A stretch of DNA of 64,000 nt, taken from contig JABHGC010000225.1 of assembly GCA_018672285.1 (NCBI GenBank), forward strand, positions 7,153-71,152, in the 5' to 3' direction. The DNA is from Methylococcales bacterium. GTDB lineage: Bacteria > Pseudomonadota > Gammaproteobacteria > JABHGC01. The translations under genes and the position numbers were made by a program. Shown piece after piece: positions 15,201-30,200 of the stretch (position 1 is its first letter; every line of letters begins with the position of its first letter). Under the pieces are notes generated by a model. That model had not been told where the DNA came from and ran no database searches. It saw only the letters and a list, made by a program, of their open reading frames with translations.

Positions 15201-18200
15201 TGTAACGATTGTCGCCATACATCAGGGTCTGTTTCTTGATGGATGTGCAACACATAACCCAAACTGTTCATGGTGGTTTCTGGATTCATTTTTGAATCTA
15301 GATACAAATCACGCTGCGTGACGGTTAACGGTAAGATGGCGTCAAAGTCAGTCTCATCAATGCCTAATTCAGCGCACAGTTGCGCTTCTGGCATAACGGC
15401 TAACCAGTTAATATGAGAATCAGGTGTTTCTATGGCCGCATCCAGCAAGTGCAAATACGCTTGTGCCATGGTGGCAATGGTCTGTTCATCGAATAAATCG
15501 GTATTGTATTCCCATAACCCGCTATAGCCTTTCTGCCCTTCTAACACCATCAAGGTCATATCATATTTAGAACCACCTGCATCTAGCTCAACCGGTGATA
15601 ACACTAAGTCTGCTAAGGTAACCGTTTCAATTGGCGTATTTTGCAAAGCAAAGCCTACTTGAACAATGGGGCTATAGCTTAAGTTACGCTCAGGGCTTAA
15701 CGCTTCAATCACTTGTTCAAACGGCACATCTTGATGAGCAAGCGCTTGCAGAACAACGTCTTTTTGGCGTAACAACAACTCGGCAAACGTTGGGTTATTA
15801 TCCAGTGACGTTCGCATCACCACCCCATTAACGAAATAGCCCATTAATGCTTGCACGGCTTCTTGTTGGCGCCCTGCAATTGGGCTACCAATGACCATAT
15901 CGGTCATCCCAGAATACCTAGACAGCAAGACATTATAAGCAGCCAGTAACAGCATATAAGGCGTAATATTTTGTGCTTGACAGAACCCACTAATTTTATC
16001 TTGCAGCTGTGCCGGCACGTCAAAACGGTGCTGACACCCATTGAAGGTCATCTGTGCGGGTCTTGGCCGGTCTGTCGGTAAGTTCAGTAATGCCGGACTG
16101 TCTTTTAAGGTCTCAGTCCAAAAATCCAACTCTTGCTGCAGTCTGCCCCCAACCAACCATTTCCGCAGCCAAATAGAATAATCAACATACTGGACGGGCA
16201 GTGTGTGCAATTCAGCGGCGGTGCCTTCACTGAATGATTTGTACAAACTCGCCACTTCAGCAACCAGCAAACCAATAGACCAGCCATCTGAAATAATATG
16301 ATGCTGGTTGATGGACAGAATATGTGACGTTGCAGTGACTTTAATTAAACTAATGCGATACGCAAGCTCTGAGTTTAAATCGAAAGCGGTTCTCGCATCT
16401 TCAAGTACGGCTTGATTAGCGTCTACTTGAGGCTGCTCAGATTCACTTAAATCCAGGCTAAACCAAGGCAACTCAACAGTGTCTTGCACCAAGACTTGTG
16501 GAACCCCCTCATCATTACCAAACTGAGTGCGAAACACTTCATGCCGCTCAATGATGGCCTTAAAGCTGTTTTGTAACCATTCAACATTCAGTTGGCCAGT
16601 TAATTCAACGGCAAAATGGATGTTATAAATGGCCGACTGCTCATATTGCTGCACAAACCATAACCGCTCTTGTGCATACGACAGAGGCAATGCACCTTCT
16701 CGTTCAACAGCTACTAATGGTAATTCATCAACCCCCTTCTCAGACAATTGCGCGCAAAAATCGGCCAATACTGGGTGGTCAAAAATAACCCTAAGTGGTA
16801 ATGCCACATCAAAAATCTGCTTCACTTTAGCCGTCAATTGAGTCGCCAGTAATGAATGACCACCAAGCTCAAAAAATTGATCGGTTAAACCCACTTGCGC
16901 TTGCTGCAAAAGCTCCGACCAAAGCACTGCCATTTGCTGCTGTTCATCGGTTTCAGGTGCAACATAATCTTCGTTTGAACGCACTTGAAATTCAGGTGCA
17001 GGTAATGCTTTACGGTCTATTTTTTCATTCGGTGTGAGTGGAAACTCCGTCAAGCTAACAAAGGCAGCCGGCACCATATAATCCGGTATATCTTGCTTTA
17101 ATTGATTTCGCAGTTCATCCGCTGCAATATCCTCATTGTCAGGGATCACGTAAGCCACTAAACGCAGTTCGCCAGATGCGTCTGGGCGAGTCACAACAAC
17201 CGCTTCTTTTACACTGGTTTGCAGGCTTAATAACGCCTCAATTTCACCCAGCTCTACTCGGAAGCCACGCACTTTCACTTGGGTATCACTTCGTCCTAGG
17301 CACAACAAAACGCCATCCGGTAAATAACGTGCCAAATCCCCCGTTTTATAGATTCGGCCCGCCTGAGTAAACGGGTTATCAATGAAGACTTCTGCGGTTA
17401 AATCTGCACGGCCATGATAACCACGGGTAACACCGTCACCACCAATATACAGATCACCCACTGCACCGAGTGGTACAGGTTGTAGCAGCTCGTCTAAGAT
17501 ATAAATTGAGGTATTACCAATCGGCCGGCCAATGGTAATTTGCTCACCAGCAACCACTTTTGCAACGCTTGACCAAATCGTTGTTTCCGTAGGACCATAC
17601 ATATTCCACAGCTCGATTAATGGCTGTGCGGTTAATTGACTGGCCAGTGCCTCTGGTAGTGGCTCACCACCACACAGTACTTTAAGTGATTTTTTCACCT
17701 GCCAATTGGCATCCAATAACAGCTTCCACGTTGCAGGCGTCGCTTGCATAACGCTAATGGCTTGCTGCTCTATCGTTGTCGCCAGCAGTTCTCCATCCAT
17801 TGCCAAGTCCCGGTCAGCAATATAAACAGATGCCCCCGTAATTAACGGCAACCACAGCTCTAAGCCTGCAATATCAAATGACAATGAAGTCACAGATAAC
17901 AAGCGATCTTGTTGTTTAAACCCAGGTGTCTGGCGCATACCATACAAAAAGTTAAGCAACTGCTGATGCTCAACTTCAACCCCCTTAGGCTTACCGGTTG
18001 AACCGGACGTATAGATCACATACGCTAGGTTATTTGGCTGTACAGGCCAGTCAGAGTCAGAAATAGTCTGATCCAACACCTCATCCCAATCGGCATCGAT
18101 AAAGACGCGAGTTAAATTGTCTGGTCCTAATGTTGGCAAGTGCAGTTCGGTAACCAACACCGAGACACCACCATCTTCTAGCATGTAATCTAATCTGTCT

Positions 18201-21200
18201 TGTGGATACAGAGGGTCTAGAGGGACATAAGCACCACCGGCTTTAGCAATGGCAAGCATCGCAACCAACATACGGACAGAGCGCTCCACACACAAACCGA
18301 CCAATTGATCAGGCTGAACCCCAAGGCTCATTAAACGACTGGCCAATTGGGCACTTTGTTCATCAAGTTGACGATAGCTAATTGAAACCTTTGCATCAGC
18401 CGCAGCGATCTCTTCAGGGTATTTAAGTGCCTGCCCTGAAATAATTTGGACGATGGTTTTACTGCTAGGGTAATCTAACGACGTTTCATTCCAAGTCTCC
18501 AGCAACAAGCTTTGTTCTGTGCCAGTCAACATGGGTAACGCATAAACAGACTGTTCTGGCTGTGCTAAAAGGTGCCCTAACAGCTCAACAAAGTGCGCTG
18601 AAAAACGCTCGATGGTTTCCCTTGAAAATAAATCGGTTCGGTATTCAAAGCTGGCTTCATACACCCCTGATTTTTCTGCCAGCTCCAAGCTTAAATCATA
18701 TTTTGAAATTTTCTGATGAGCAGGTACTAACTTGACCTCAACATCAGACAATAACTGACTCACATCCACTTCTGGTGTGTTTTGCAAGGTAAATAAGGTT
18801 TGAAATACGGGTGTGTAACTTGTATCTCGTGTGACCTTAAGTGCATCTACCAATTTTTCAAATGGAATATCTTGATTGGCATACGCATCTAATGAAAACT
18901 GTCTGACCTGTTGAATTAAGGCATTAAAGCTCACCTGCTTTGCGACATCACCCCGGTAAGTCAATGTGTTAATAAACAGACCTAACATAGATTGTGTTTG
19001 CGCTTGTCCACGACCAGCAATCGGGCTACCCACGCAAATATCGTCCTGTCCGGCATAACGTGCCAGCATCACCATGTAGGCACTCATCAAGACCATAAAT
19101 GGCGTTGCCTCTTGCAGCTTAGCATGCAGGTTAATCGCATCATGTAAGCTTGCAGGTAAGGTAAAGTGTAACAACTCACCTTGGTACTGCTGCACTGCAG
19201 GTCTTGAGAAATCCGTGGGGAGATTTAACGTGGTACTTCCTGCCAACGCTTTTTGCCAAAATGCAATTTGCCCGGTTAAACGCTCACCAGACAGCCAGTC
19301 ACGTTGCCATAATGCATAATCTGCGTACTGCAACTCAGGCATTTCAAGCGCCTGCTCACCTTCAGTTTGCTTCTGCTGGTAAAGTGAAATCCACTCTGAA
19401 ATAAACACGCCTAAAGACCAGCCATCAGCAATAATATGGTGCATCACAAACACCAACACGGACTCTTCTTCATCTTCTGACATCAGGTAACGATTCACAG
19501 AAAATAAAGCTGGTTGCTGCAAATCAAAGACTTGTCGTGCACATTGATCAATCCGACTGCGTAGCGTTTGCTCAGGCAGAGCCATTGCCGACAGATCTTC
19601 AGTCGCAATGGTTACGCTCAGTTCAGGATAGATCACCTGCATTGCAACCCCATCAACGGATTCGAAGCCCGTTCTGAGCACTTCATGTTTCGCGATTAAT
19701 TGGTTTAATGCCCAAGTTAAATCTGCAGTATCAACCTTGCCTCTCATGCGTAATGCACCTGGCATATTGAACACATGCCCATCGTCATTAAAGTTTTGCA
19801 AGAACCACAAACGTTCTTGTGCAAATGACAATGGGATGCTGTCTGGCCGTTGCTGGTTGGCCATATCAACAATCGCATCTGCGGATTTCGCTTGTTCTAA
19901 TGCTCTTGCAAGTGCTTCAACCGTGGGATTTTCAAACAATGTCCGCAACTGAATTTGAGCGTGATAGTCCGCTTCCACTTTGGCAATCAGTTGTGTGGCT
20001 AACAAGGAATGCCCACCTAAGGTAAAGAAATTATCCAGCAAGCCTACTTTATTAACTTGCAGCAACTGGCTAAATAACGTAGCAACGTCTTTCTCCAGTG
20101 CTGTTCGTGGTGCCACGTAGCCTTGTCCTGAAGCCTCAGGGTCAGGTAGTGCCTTACGATCCACTTTGCCATTAGGTGTGAGTGGGTATTTTTCCAACAC
20201 AACAATATGATTGGGCACCATATATTCTGGTAATGCTTGGCGACAAGCTAATGCCATATCGGTTGGGTTTGCACTGCCGATGACATAAGCGACTAATTGG
20301 TCTTTCTTAACAATAACCAAGCTCGCATCAACACCCTCACCATAGCTGATGACGTTTTCTATTTCCCCTAATTCAATTCTCAACCCACGTAATTTCACTT
20401 GGTGGTCAATTCGGCCAACAAAGATGATTTGCTGGTCGACATCCAAACGGACTAAATCACCCGTTCGGTACATTTTACCTTCATTGCGGAATGGATCAGG
20501 TATAAACACCTTATCCGTTTGCCCATCATCATTAAGATAACCTCGGCCAACCCCTCTTCCGGCAATATAAAGCTCACCAACCACACCACGAGGGACCGGT
20601 TGACGAGCGGCGTTTAAGATATAGAGGTACACATTGTCATTTGCTTGGCCAATAGGCATGGGTTGATTGGCGTAATCATTGGCGTTATTCAGGGTAAAGC
20701 TAGCGGCAATATCAGTACACTCTGTCGGCCCATACATATTCACCAATTTGGCATCATGGGTCGTTAACCAGACTCGTAGCTGGTTCATTTGAATCGGCTC
20801 ACCACCAAAAAACAAGGTACGCAGTGAGTTAAGTTGACCTGCTGTTTCTTGCTCGACTAAAGGGTAAAAGGCACTTGGCGCACAATTTAATAAGCTGATA
20901 TCAAATGCCTTAATGGCACTCAGTATCGCTTTAACATCATAATGGGCAGACCCGGTGAAACACACTGAGCCACCTTGCCATAATGCCGCAAATAAATTCT
21001 TTTGCGTTAAATCAAAACCTAAAGCACTGATAATTAAGCTGTGGTCAGTGTCTGACATTGCATATTCACGGGTATACCACTGGAGTAAGTTCGTCATACC
21101 AGCGTGTTCAACGCCCACACTCTTCGGCTCTCCAGTCGAGCCTGACGTAAAGATTTGATACAGCAGTTGGGTATCGAGGATATTGCGATCTGGGTTACTC

Positions 21201-24200
21201 GTATCGCCATTTAACCATAACGCGGCATCGTCCATGGCAAGCCATATATCATTATCAGATTGAAAAACAGCTAACGCACTGTGACTCAAAACGGCAGACA
21301 TGTCTGACTTATCAATGATGTATTGTATTCTTGCAGCAGGGTAATTCGGGTCTATCGGTACATAACACCCACCCGCTTTAAGCACCGCTAAAATAGCAAC
21401 AAGTACATCAGGTGATGGCTCAATACAAATGCCCACAGCAGACTCTGGCTGCAACCCCTGATTCAGTAAATAATGTGAGAGCGTATTGGCCTTCTCATTT
21501 AAAACAGCATAGCTATAGGCAACCCCAGGCATTTGAGTGGCGATGGCATCGGGTGTTTTTTGAACCTGCGCTTCGAACCCTTGATGCACGGTTGCAAAGG
21601 TAGAATCTTGTGGGTTGATACCGCCATTCCAAGACCATTGCTCAGGGGTGGCTTCATCATTGAGCAATAAATCAAAGTCACCCACGGTTGTAACACCGGC
21701 CACGAATTGTTCTAGCAACTGTTTAAAGCGAGGTAATAAGTCTAGGCTTGAGAAGTTCGCATCATTAAAACGCAAGCTTAGCATCAAACCATCGTCCAGA
21801 GTTTTGATAATGAAGAGAATATCTTGTTCGCCAACTTGTGCATTACGCTGAATCGTTTTAATCGATACATCACTGTGTTTCAGTTTAATATCGTCAGCTA
21901 GCTCAAAAAAGTTATACGAAAACTTCAAACGCCCTTGCGGGATAGCTTGCTGCTGGGCAAAGTTTGAAATATCTTGTTTGCTTCCCAGTGTTCGTACGAA
22001 TTGCTTAACGTGGGTAAAGTAATCCCCTATGGGCGTATCGTCTTGTAATAAATGATTGGGGAAAATGACCGGAACTTGCTGATAATAACAGCCTAATGTT
22101 GAGTTGTGCTTTTTCACTCGCCCACTGAGTAACTCATAAACCACAAAGTCACTACTGGTTCGGCAGTATTCTTTCAAGACAATGCCGTAAATGGCTTTCA
22201 ACAACAGTGCCGGTGTCATTCGCTGGCGACGACAGACTTTTTTAACCTCTAACCAAAACTCACCATCGATTAGCTGTTCTTCTTCAACCGTTTTACCCTG
22301 TTCCACTGCCAATGGTACAAAATCCAATGGCTCAACATTCGCGGTTGCATTTTTCCAGTAGCGTAATGTTTCTTCTCGGTCGAAACGTGCCGCATTTTGT
22401 TCAACATATTCACGGAACAAACAGTCGATAGAGTGATATTGTTTGCCTTGCATTAAGGCTTCATACGTCCAGCATAATTGCTGAGCATAAACACGAACAC
22501 CAATACCATCGAGCATCACATGATGGATGCCCATCGCGATAACCGTGCGATCTTTTAACAAGTACACTTGATGACGTATTAATGGCCCTTCACCTATCGC
22601 ATAAGGGCGATAGATAAAATCACTGGACTGCTGATAAATTTTGTCTATATCGGCACTGCCACGACGGCAGTCAAATACGTCATACTCAAACACCGAATCG
22701 TTACTGACACATTGATAAGCCGTTGCCAAATAAGGCGCCGTTGAGGCTTTTAGTTGAACTCGGAGGACGGGCTGATCATCATGAACTTGGGCAATGGCTT
22801 TTTTCCAGGTTTCCTCATCAATCGCCATCGGTAAATCCAGGATGTAACCGATGGAATGGTTGATGTTATCAGGTGCCAAAGTACATGCGACAAAAATATC
22901 TCGCTGCATTGTCGTTAATGGCATTGCCGCCATATACTGTTCAGCTTCAATGCTTAAATCTTGGTACAACTCATCGATAGAGACAAAACGATATTGCTCA
23001 ATTTCAGCTTCAGGCTTGTCTACAAAATGTTGTAACAGTCGTTCAAAGTGCACCATCATCTGCTGCACTGTTTCAGGCTTAAATAAGTCTGTGTTGAATT
23101 CAAGCTCACCAACCAAACCTTCTGATTCAGTCAGCATTAAAATCATGTCGTATTTTGCCGTGCCATTGTCAAGCTTCAGTGGTTCTACTTCGACACCAGG
23201 CAAGGTTAAGTCTGCAGTCGGGACATTTTGCAAGGCAAAACCCACTTGCGCGATGGGTGGGTAGCTTAAATTACGCTCAGGCTGAAGTGTCTCAACCAAC
23301 AGCTCAAAGGGTATTTCTTGGTGGGCAAACCCAGATAAAGCGGTATCTCTGACAGATTTTAAGAACTCAACCCCTGTCATGTTGTCATTGATTTTTGAGC
23401 GCATCACAATGGCATTGACAAAAAAGCCAATTAAATCTTCGGTTTTATCAATGTTGCGCCCTGCGATTGGCGAGCCAACACAGATATCTTCTTGCCCACT
23501 ATAGCGATACAACAATACGTTGAAAGCAGCCAACACAGCCATATATAAAGTAATATTTTGCTGTCGGCATAATTCATGTAAATTATCGACCAACTCGGTG
23601 CCAATTTGGAAGCGGTACACTTGACCATTAAAGGTTTGTACAGGTGGCCTGGGGTAGTCCGTAGGTAAGCTTAAAAATGCAGGCGCACCCGTGAGCTGTT
23701 TCGTCCAATAAGCCAGCTGGGTTTCTAAAACCTCTCCTTGATACCAAGTCCGCTGCCAATGTGCGTAATCTGCATACTGAACGGAGAGTTCAGGTAGTTT
23801 TACGGCTCTATTATCATAAAGCGCACTGTAAATTTCTGTGAATTCACGGATAAATAACCCGACTGACCAACCGTCCGAAATAATATGATGAAAGTTCACG
23901 GCGAGAATAAAGTCAGCGTCTGAATTTTTAACCAACATGACACGAACTAAGCGGTCTTGTTCTAGGTTAAAGGGTTGCCGTGAAAAATGTGATAACTGAC
24001 TGTTTAATTCATCCTCAGACGCTACCTCAAGGTGCTGTATGTCTAACGAACAATGATCATCAATCAGTTGCTGAGCGGCACCATCTACAGATTTAAACCG
24101 GGTTCGCAAACTTTCTTGCCGAGTCAGTAATGCATTAAAGGCTTGCTGCACTAGGTCAACATCAATGTCACCTTTGATGGCTACCGCACCAAACATATTG

Positions 24201-27200
24201 TAAATAGGATTTTCTGGTTCTAATTGGGATAAAAACCAAAGCCGCTCTTGTGCAAATGACAATGGCAATGCTTGATCTCTTTCAATCACTTCAATGGGGG
24301 CAATTGCGGTTTGCTCACCCGTGAGATCAATCACTTCTGCTAACGTTTCTAGTGTCGATGCTTCAAATAATTTATGTAACGGAAGTTGTACCGTAAACTC
24401 AGTTTGAATTCTTGAGATTAACTGGGTTGCGATCAGCGAATGACCACCAAGATCAAAGAAATTATCATGCCTGCCTACTTGGTTTGCATTTAAAACTTGT
24501 TGCCACAATACCGACAGACGTTTTTCCGTATCCGTCACGGGCGCAATAAAATCTTGCTCTGATAATAGGTTCGCGTCTGGTGCCGGTAAAGCTTTTCGGT
24601 CAATTTTCTCATTAGGTGTGAGTGGGAACTCATCCATGTACACAAAGGCTGATGGAATCATAAAATCAGGTAAGTTGGTTTTCAGCTGTTTCTTTAAATC
24701 ACTCGCAGTGATTTCATCGGCACCTTCATTCACCACTAAATAACCAACCAAGCGTTGGTCACCGGGGGTATCTTCACGGGCAATCACAACCGCTTCTTTA
24801 ATATGTGCAATGTTACCTAATAAGGTTTCAATTTCACCCAGCTCTATTCGGTAACCCCGTAGTTTAATTTGAAAATCAGCACGGCCAACACATTCTAATA
24901 CACCCCCAGATAACCAGCGAACCAAGTCACCTGTTTTATAAATACGGCTACTACCACCATCAAAGGGGTTTTTGATAAAGACTGAAGAGGTTAAATCGGC
25001 ACGGTCATGATAGCCCGGTGATAAACCTAAACCACCAATATACAGCTGGCCTAATGCACCAATGGGTAATAATTCTAATTTATCATCCAGTACATAAACT
25101 TGGGTATTGTCAATTGGCTGACCAACAGGGATAACTTGACTCGCATCGTCAATACATTGAATAGTTGACCACACAGTTGTTTCCGTTGGGCCGTACATAT
25201 TCCACAGTTCAACGCCAGGTTGTTCAACCAGTTTTTGCGCCAAATTCTGTGGCATGGCTTCACCGCCACAGAGTACTTTTAAGGGTTTTTCTTGCTGCCA
25301 GCCACCATCGAGTAATAACTTCCACGTCGCAGGCGTCGCTTGCATTAAGTTGATTTGTTCATTCACCATAATTTGCTGAAGTTTCACACTATCAACAGCG
25401 ACGCTACGATCAACCAATATCAATTCACCACCGACAAGCAATGGCAACCAAATTTCAAGGCCTGCAATATCAAACGACAGTGAGGTAACGGCTAAGAGCC
25501 GATCACTCGCACTAAACCCTGGCTGACGCTGCATACTACACAAAAAGTTAATGATGTTTTCATGGGGAATTTTCACCCCTTTAGGTTTGCCTGTTGAACC
25601 GGAGGTATAAATCATATAAGCAAGATTTTCACCACCAAGACCTGCAATGGCATTTTTATCACTGCGTTGATCTATTTTTTTCCAATCCGTATCTAAATGA
25701 ACTTTTTCGATACCTTGGGTGTTCAACCCTAAATTAAGTGATTTCTCTGTTACCAATACATCCGCTTTGGCATCCGACAGCATAAAACTTAAACGATCTT
25801 CAGGATACAAAGGATCCATCGGCACGTATGCACCGCCGGCTTTTAAAATACCGAGCAAACCAATCACGAGGTTAATAGAGCGCTCAACACACAACCCCAC
25901 AAACACACCGGGGCCAACATCACGCATTCGTAAATATTGTGCCAATTGGTTGGATTTACTGTTTAATTCCGAGTAGGTAATGCGGTCGTCACCACATTTT
26001 AATGCGACTTTATCGGCATTTTCAGCACACACCACTTCAATGAGTTGATGCAGCGTTTCAATTTCTGGCAGTGTAACGGTGGTCTGATTCCAATCATACA
26101 ACAAGATGTTTTTCTCTTGCTCTGGCAACATCGGCAAATGGTCAACATCTTGATTTGGGTTTTTGACAATACTTTCTAACAAGGCGACATATTGCGCCAA
26201 ATAGCGATCCACAGTTTCTGGTTTAAATAAAGCGCTGTTATATTCTATAGACGCATCTAAGCCGTTATAGGACTCTGCAAGTGATAACCACAGATCAAAT
26301 TTTGCGGTGCCGTTATGGCTTTCAAATAAGCTGACTTCCATTTCGGGTAAGTCAAAATCTTCCATCGGTGTATTTTGCAAAGTGAACATGATCTGGTATA
26401 ACGGATGACGACTTGGATCTCGCTCAACATCCATGCTTTCAACCAGCTTCTCAAATGGGACATCTTGATGAGAAAAAGCTTCAAATGACGCGGTTCGAAC
26501 ATTTTCTAATAATTGCTCATAGCTATCATTGGGGTTAATTTGGGTTCTAAAGACCAAGGTATTGACAAAGAAACCAATCAGGCTTTCTACTTCCGTTCGC
26601 GTTCTGTTCGCGACAGGAAAACCGACTGACAAATCTGTTTGCCCGGTATGCCGGAACAACAATATTTTAAATGCGGATAACAGCACCATGCTTAAGCTCG
26701 CACCACGACGCTCGCTTAATTCTTCTAATGCCACCACAAGTTCAATGGGTATGGTTAAGCGCCTAATCCCACCTTGGTACACCAATACTGGCGGCCTTGG
26801 GTAATCAGTACTTAAGTCAATCAGTGGTAAATTGCCGTTAGACAGCTGTTTATTCCAGTAGCTTAACTGCTCTTGTAAATTATCCCCTTGCAGTGCATTT
26901 TGTTGCCATGCGGCATAGTCTAAAAATTGGGTCTTCAATGGTTTTAAGGGAGATGGCTCGCCCAATAAAAAGGATCGATACAAAGCCATTAACTCTGAGC
27001 TTAAAATCCCCAATGACCAACCATCAGACGCTATATGATGCATGGTGACTAACAACACATAATCTTGACTACCAATTACCACGACTTTGGCTCTCAGCAT
27101 TGGGCCTTTATCCAGCTCGAAAGGAATTTTACCCTCTTCGTCAGCAATCTCTTTGGCAGCAGCTTCTCTGGCTTCAAGACTGAGTGTTTGGTCAATATAT

Positions 27201-30200
27201 TCAATATTTAATTGGATACTTTGGTTATCTGATATCGTGGCTTTTGCAACACCATCAGCTTCTACAAATGTCACTCTCAATACTTCATGACGTGCTAAAA
27301 CGCCATTAAGCGCTTTCTTCATCAATTCAATATTTAAATCCCCACGCATTCTAAGGGCGGCAGGAATGTTGTAGACGGATTTATCGGTTAAGAACCGATC
27401 CATAAACCATAAACGTTGCTGTGAAGATGAAATCGACAGCGTTTGCTGGCGATCAACAATGTCAATGTTATCTTTACTGACGGCACCCGTGGTTTGCTGT
27501 TGTTCGATTAATTCCGATAGTTTTGCAACAGTTGGGAATTCGAATAGATAGCGCACAGGTAACTCAACAGAAAATTTATCTTTTACCCGTGAGATCACCT
27601 GGGTTGCCAATAAGGAGTGACCACCAAACTCAAAGAAGTTATCGTCAATACCAACTCGTACTGCACCCAGTACTTCCGACCAGATATCAACCAAGCCCAA
27701 TTCAATAGGGGTTCTTGGTGCTGTATAAGCATCCGTCATGGTCATGCCGCCAGGTGCTGGCAATGCATTGCGATCTATTTTACCGTTGGGTGTTAATGGA
27801 AAGGCATCTAAGAAGACATAGTCCGTAGGTACCATGTAGCTCGGCAATTGCTCTGCCAAAAATTCTTTTAAGTCTTGGGTTTCAAGTGGGGCAAATGATT
27901 CGGACACCACATAACCGACCAATCGTTGATAACCGGGTGTGTCCTCACGAACCAAGACCACAACTTGTGCCACATCATCATGTTTGGTCAGTGACGCTTC
28001 AATCTCACCTAATTCAATACGGTAACCACGCAGTTTAACCTGATGGTCTATTCGACCTAAAAATTCAATCGAACCATCATGTAAAAATCGGGTTAAATCC
28101 CCTGTTTTATACAGCCGCTCGTTGGCTGCAAATGGGTTGTCAATAAAACGTTCAGCGGTTAATTCCTCTCGTTGCCAATAACCATCTGAAAGACCTGCCC
28201 CACCAATGTGTAATTCACCTGGCACACCAACAGGCACAGGGTTGAGTGCTTTATCTAAGATATACACTTTGGCATTGTTAATTGGCCGTCCAATCGGCAC
28301 CAATGTCCGTAAATCATCAGGGTCACATTCCCAGAAGGTTGAATCAATTGCCGCTTCCGTTGGCCCATATAAGTTATATAAAGGCACATCAAACCGGTCA
28401 TAGTACTGTGATTGTAAGTCTGCAGGTAATGCTTCACCACCACAACACACCCGTTTCAATGAAGACAACGGCTTATTCTCTGGCAACATATCCAAAATCA
28501 TGCGTAACGCGGAAGGGACTAATTGCAGCGTGGTAATGTTATGTTCGTGAACTGCATCGATGAGGTACTCACCATCAGTATGACCACCCGGTTTGGCCAA
28601 CACCAAACAGGCGCCACTTAACAATGGTGCAAAAAATTCCCACACTGAGGCATCAAAACTGAATGGGGTTTTTTGTAAAATTCGATCACTTTCATCTAAG
28701 CCAAACGTTTCTAGCATCCACTGCATGTGGTTGCATATCGCTCTATGTGGAATCATGACCCCTTTCGGATTGCCTGTAGAACCTGAGGTATAAATCACGT
28801 AAGCCAAGTCATCTCTGCTTGGTTGTGGCAGGCTAATATCATTACTGAAAGAGGCAATATTGCGCCAGTCACTGTCTAGCTGAATAACGGTTCCTGTAAA
28901 TTCAGTTAATTTCGACTCGCGCTCGGCTTGGGTTAATAAAATATTAATCGCCGAATCATCCATCATGTACTGAATTCGATCCAATGGATAACCAGGATCA
29001 ATGGGTAAGTATGCGCCACCCGCCTTTAGTACACCGAGTATCGCTACGACCATTTCAACAGAGCGATCAGCACAAATACCGACCAGTTTATTAGGCAGCA
29101 CACCCTTCACAATTAAATAATGCGCTAATTTGTCAGACCGAGCTTGTAACTCTGCAAAGGTTAATGACTCATCTTGATACACTAAAGCGGTATTATCGGC
29201 ATATTTTTTAGCGGTTTGATCGAACATCCCGACCAATGTGTCTTTCGGGTAATCCACCCGAGTGTCATTCCACTCAATGGTGAGCAAGTCCCGATCCGCA
29301 TCGGTCAGTAGTGAGACATCATCTAAAGGCTGATCTGGTGAATCTAAAAGTCGTAACAATAAGGTATGAAAGTGCAGCGACATAATGGCCACTGAACTGT
29401 GATCAAATAAAGCAGAGTTGTATTGAAAGCTACCATGATAGCCGTCTTCACCTTCGGCCATCGTGAGCATAATATCAAACATGGCCACTTGATGGTCTAA
29501 TGCAATGGAGTGAAGGGTCACATCTCCTAATGATATCTCACCACCCGTTTCACCTAAAACGAAGCCAGTTAAGTCTTCATCTTTTTTCTGATAGGCTTTT
29601 TGCAGTACAAACATCGCTTGGAATAAAGGTGAACGGCTGGTGTCACGCGTTGGTTGAATCTGCTCAACCAAGTTTGCCATAGGGTAATCTTGGTGTGACA
29701 ACGCCCCGAGCACATCACTTTTGCACAGCTTAATAAAGTCATTAAATGAACGGTCTTCATCAAATTTTGCGCGCAGCACAACAGGGTCAACAAAGTAACC
29801 CACAATGCCCTCTAAACCGTAACGTGAACGCCCCGCAACCGGCGACCCCACTAAGATATCTTCTTGCCCTGTATAGCGATGCAATAACACTTGGAATACC
29901 GCTAATAACAACACAAATGGCGTCACATCTTGTGCCTTGGCAAACTCATTCACCCGCAGGCTGTCTTCCAAAGGTATTTTCATACTCACGGTTGCCCCTG
30001 CATACCCTTGCACGGGTGGACGAGGGTAGTCGGTAGGTAACTCTAAAACAGCCTGACATTCACTTAAGGCATTCTTCCAATAGGCACGTAATTCACCGCC
30101 CCGCTCACCCATGAGTACGCTATTTTGCCAGTTCACAAAATCTGTATAGCGATACGGTATTTCAGGTAGCTCTATAGAGGTACTTGTCCGCATTGCAGGG

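Larger units (their letters stand above)
4690..27450 (-). repeat. Three tandem copies of an approximately 7.6-kb NRPS dimodule unit [C-A-T][C-C'-A-T]; intragenic and diverged at the nucleotide level
   Basis: Spacings between successive A3 cores alternate about 3.15 kb and about 4.45 kb (28770, 25590, 21130, 17990, 13550, 10370, 5900). T, C-HH and C'-HH motifs recur at matching offsets. Confidence 0.6.

Noticed and set aside
21600-24300. Interpreting the T-C-C' tandem as an E-C (epimerase plus DCL) pair
   Set aside because: The first domain carries the C-type C6/C7 motifs (HQEIPFE, RNLSYPPIAQV). Neither domain shows the E-specific HHxxxDGxSW or EGHGRE signatures. The second domain is of a distinct C-like type.
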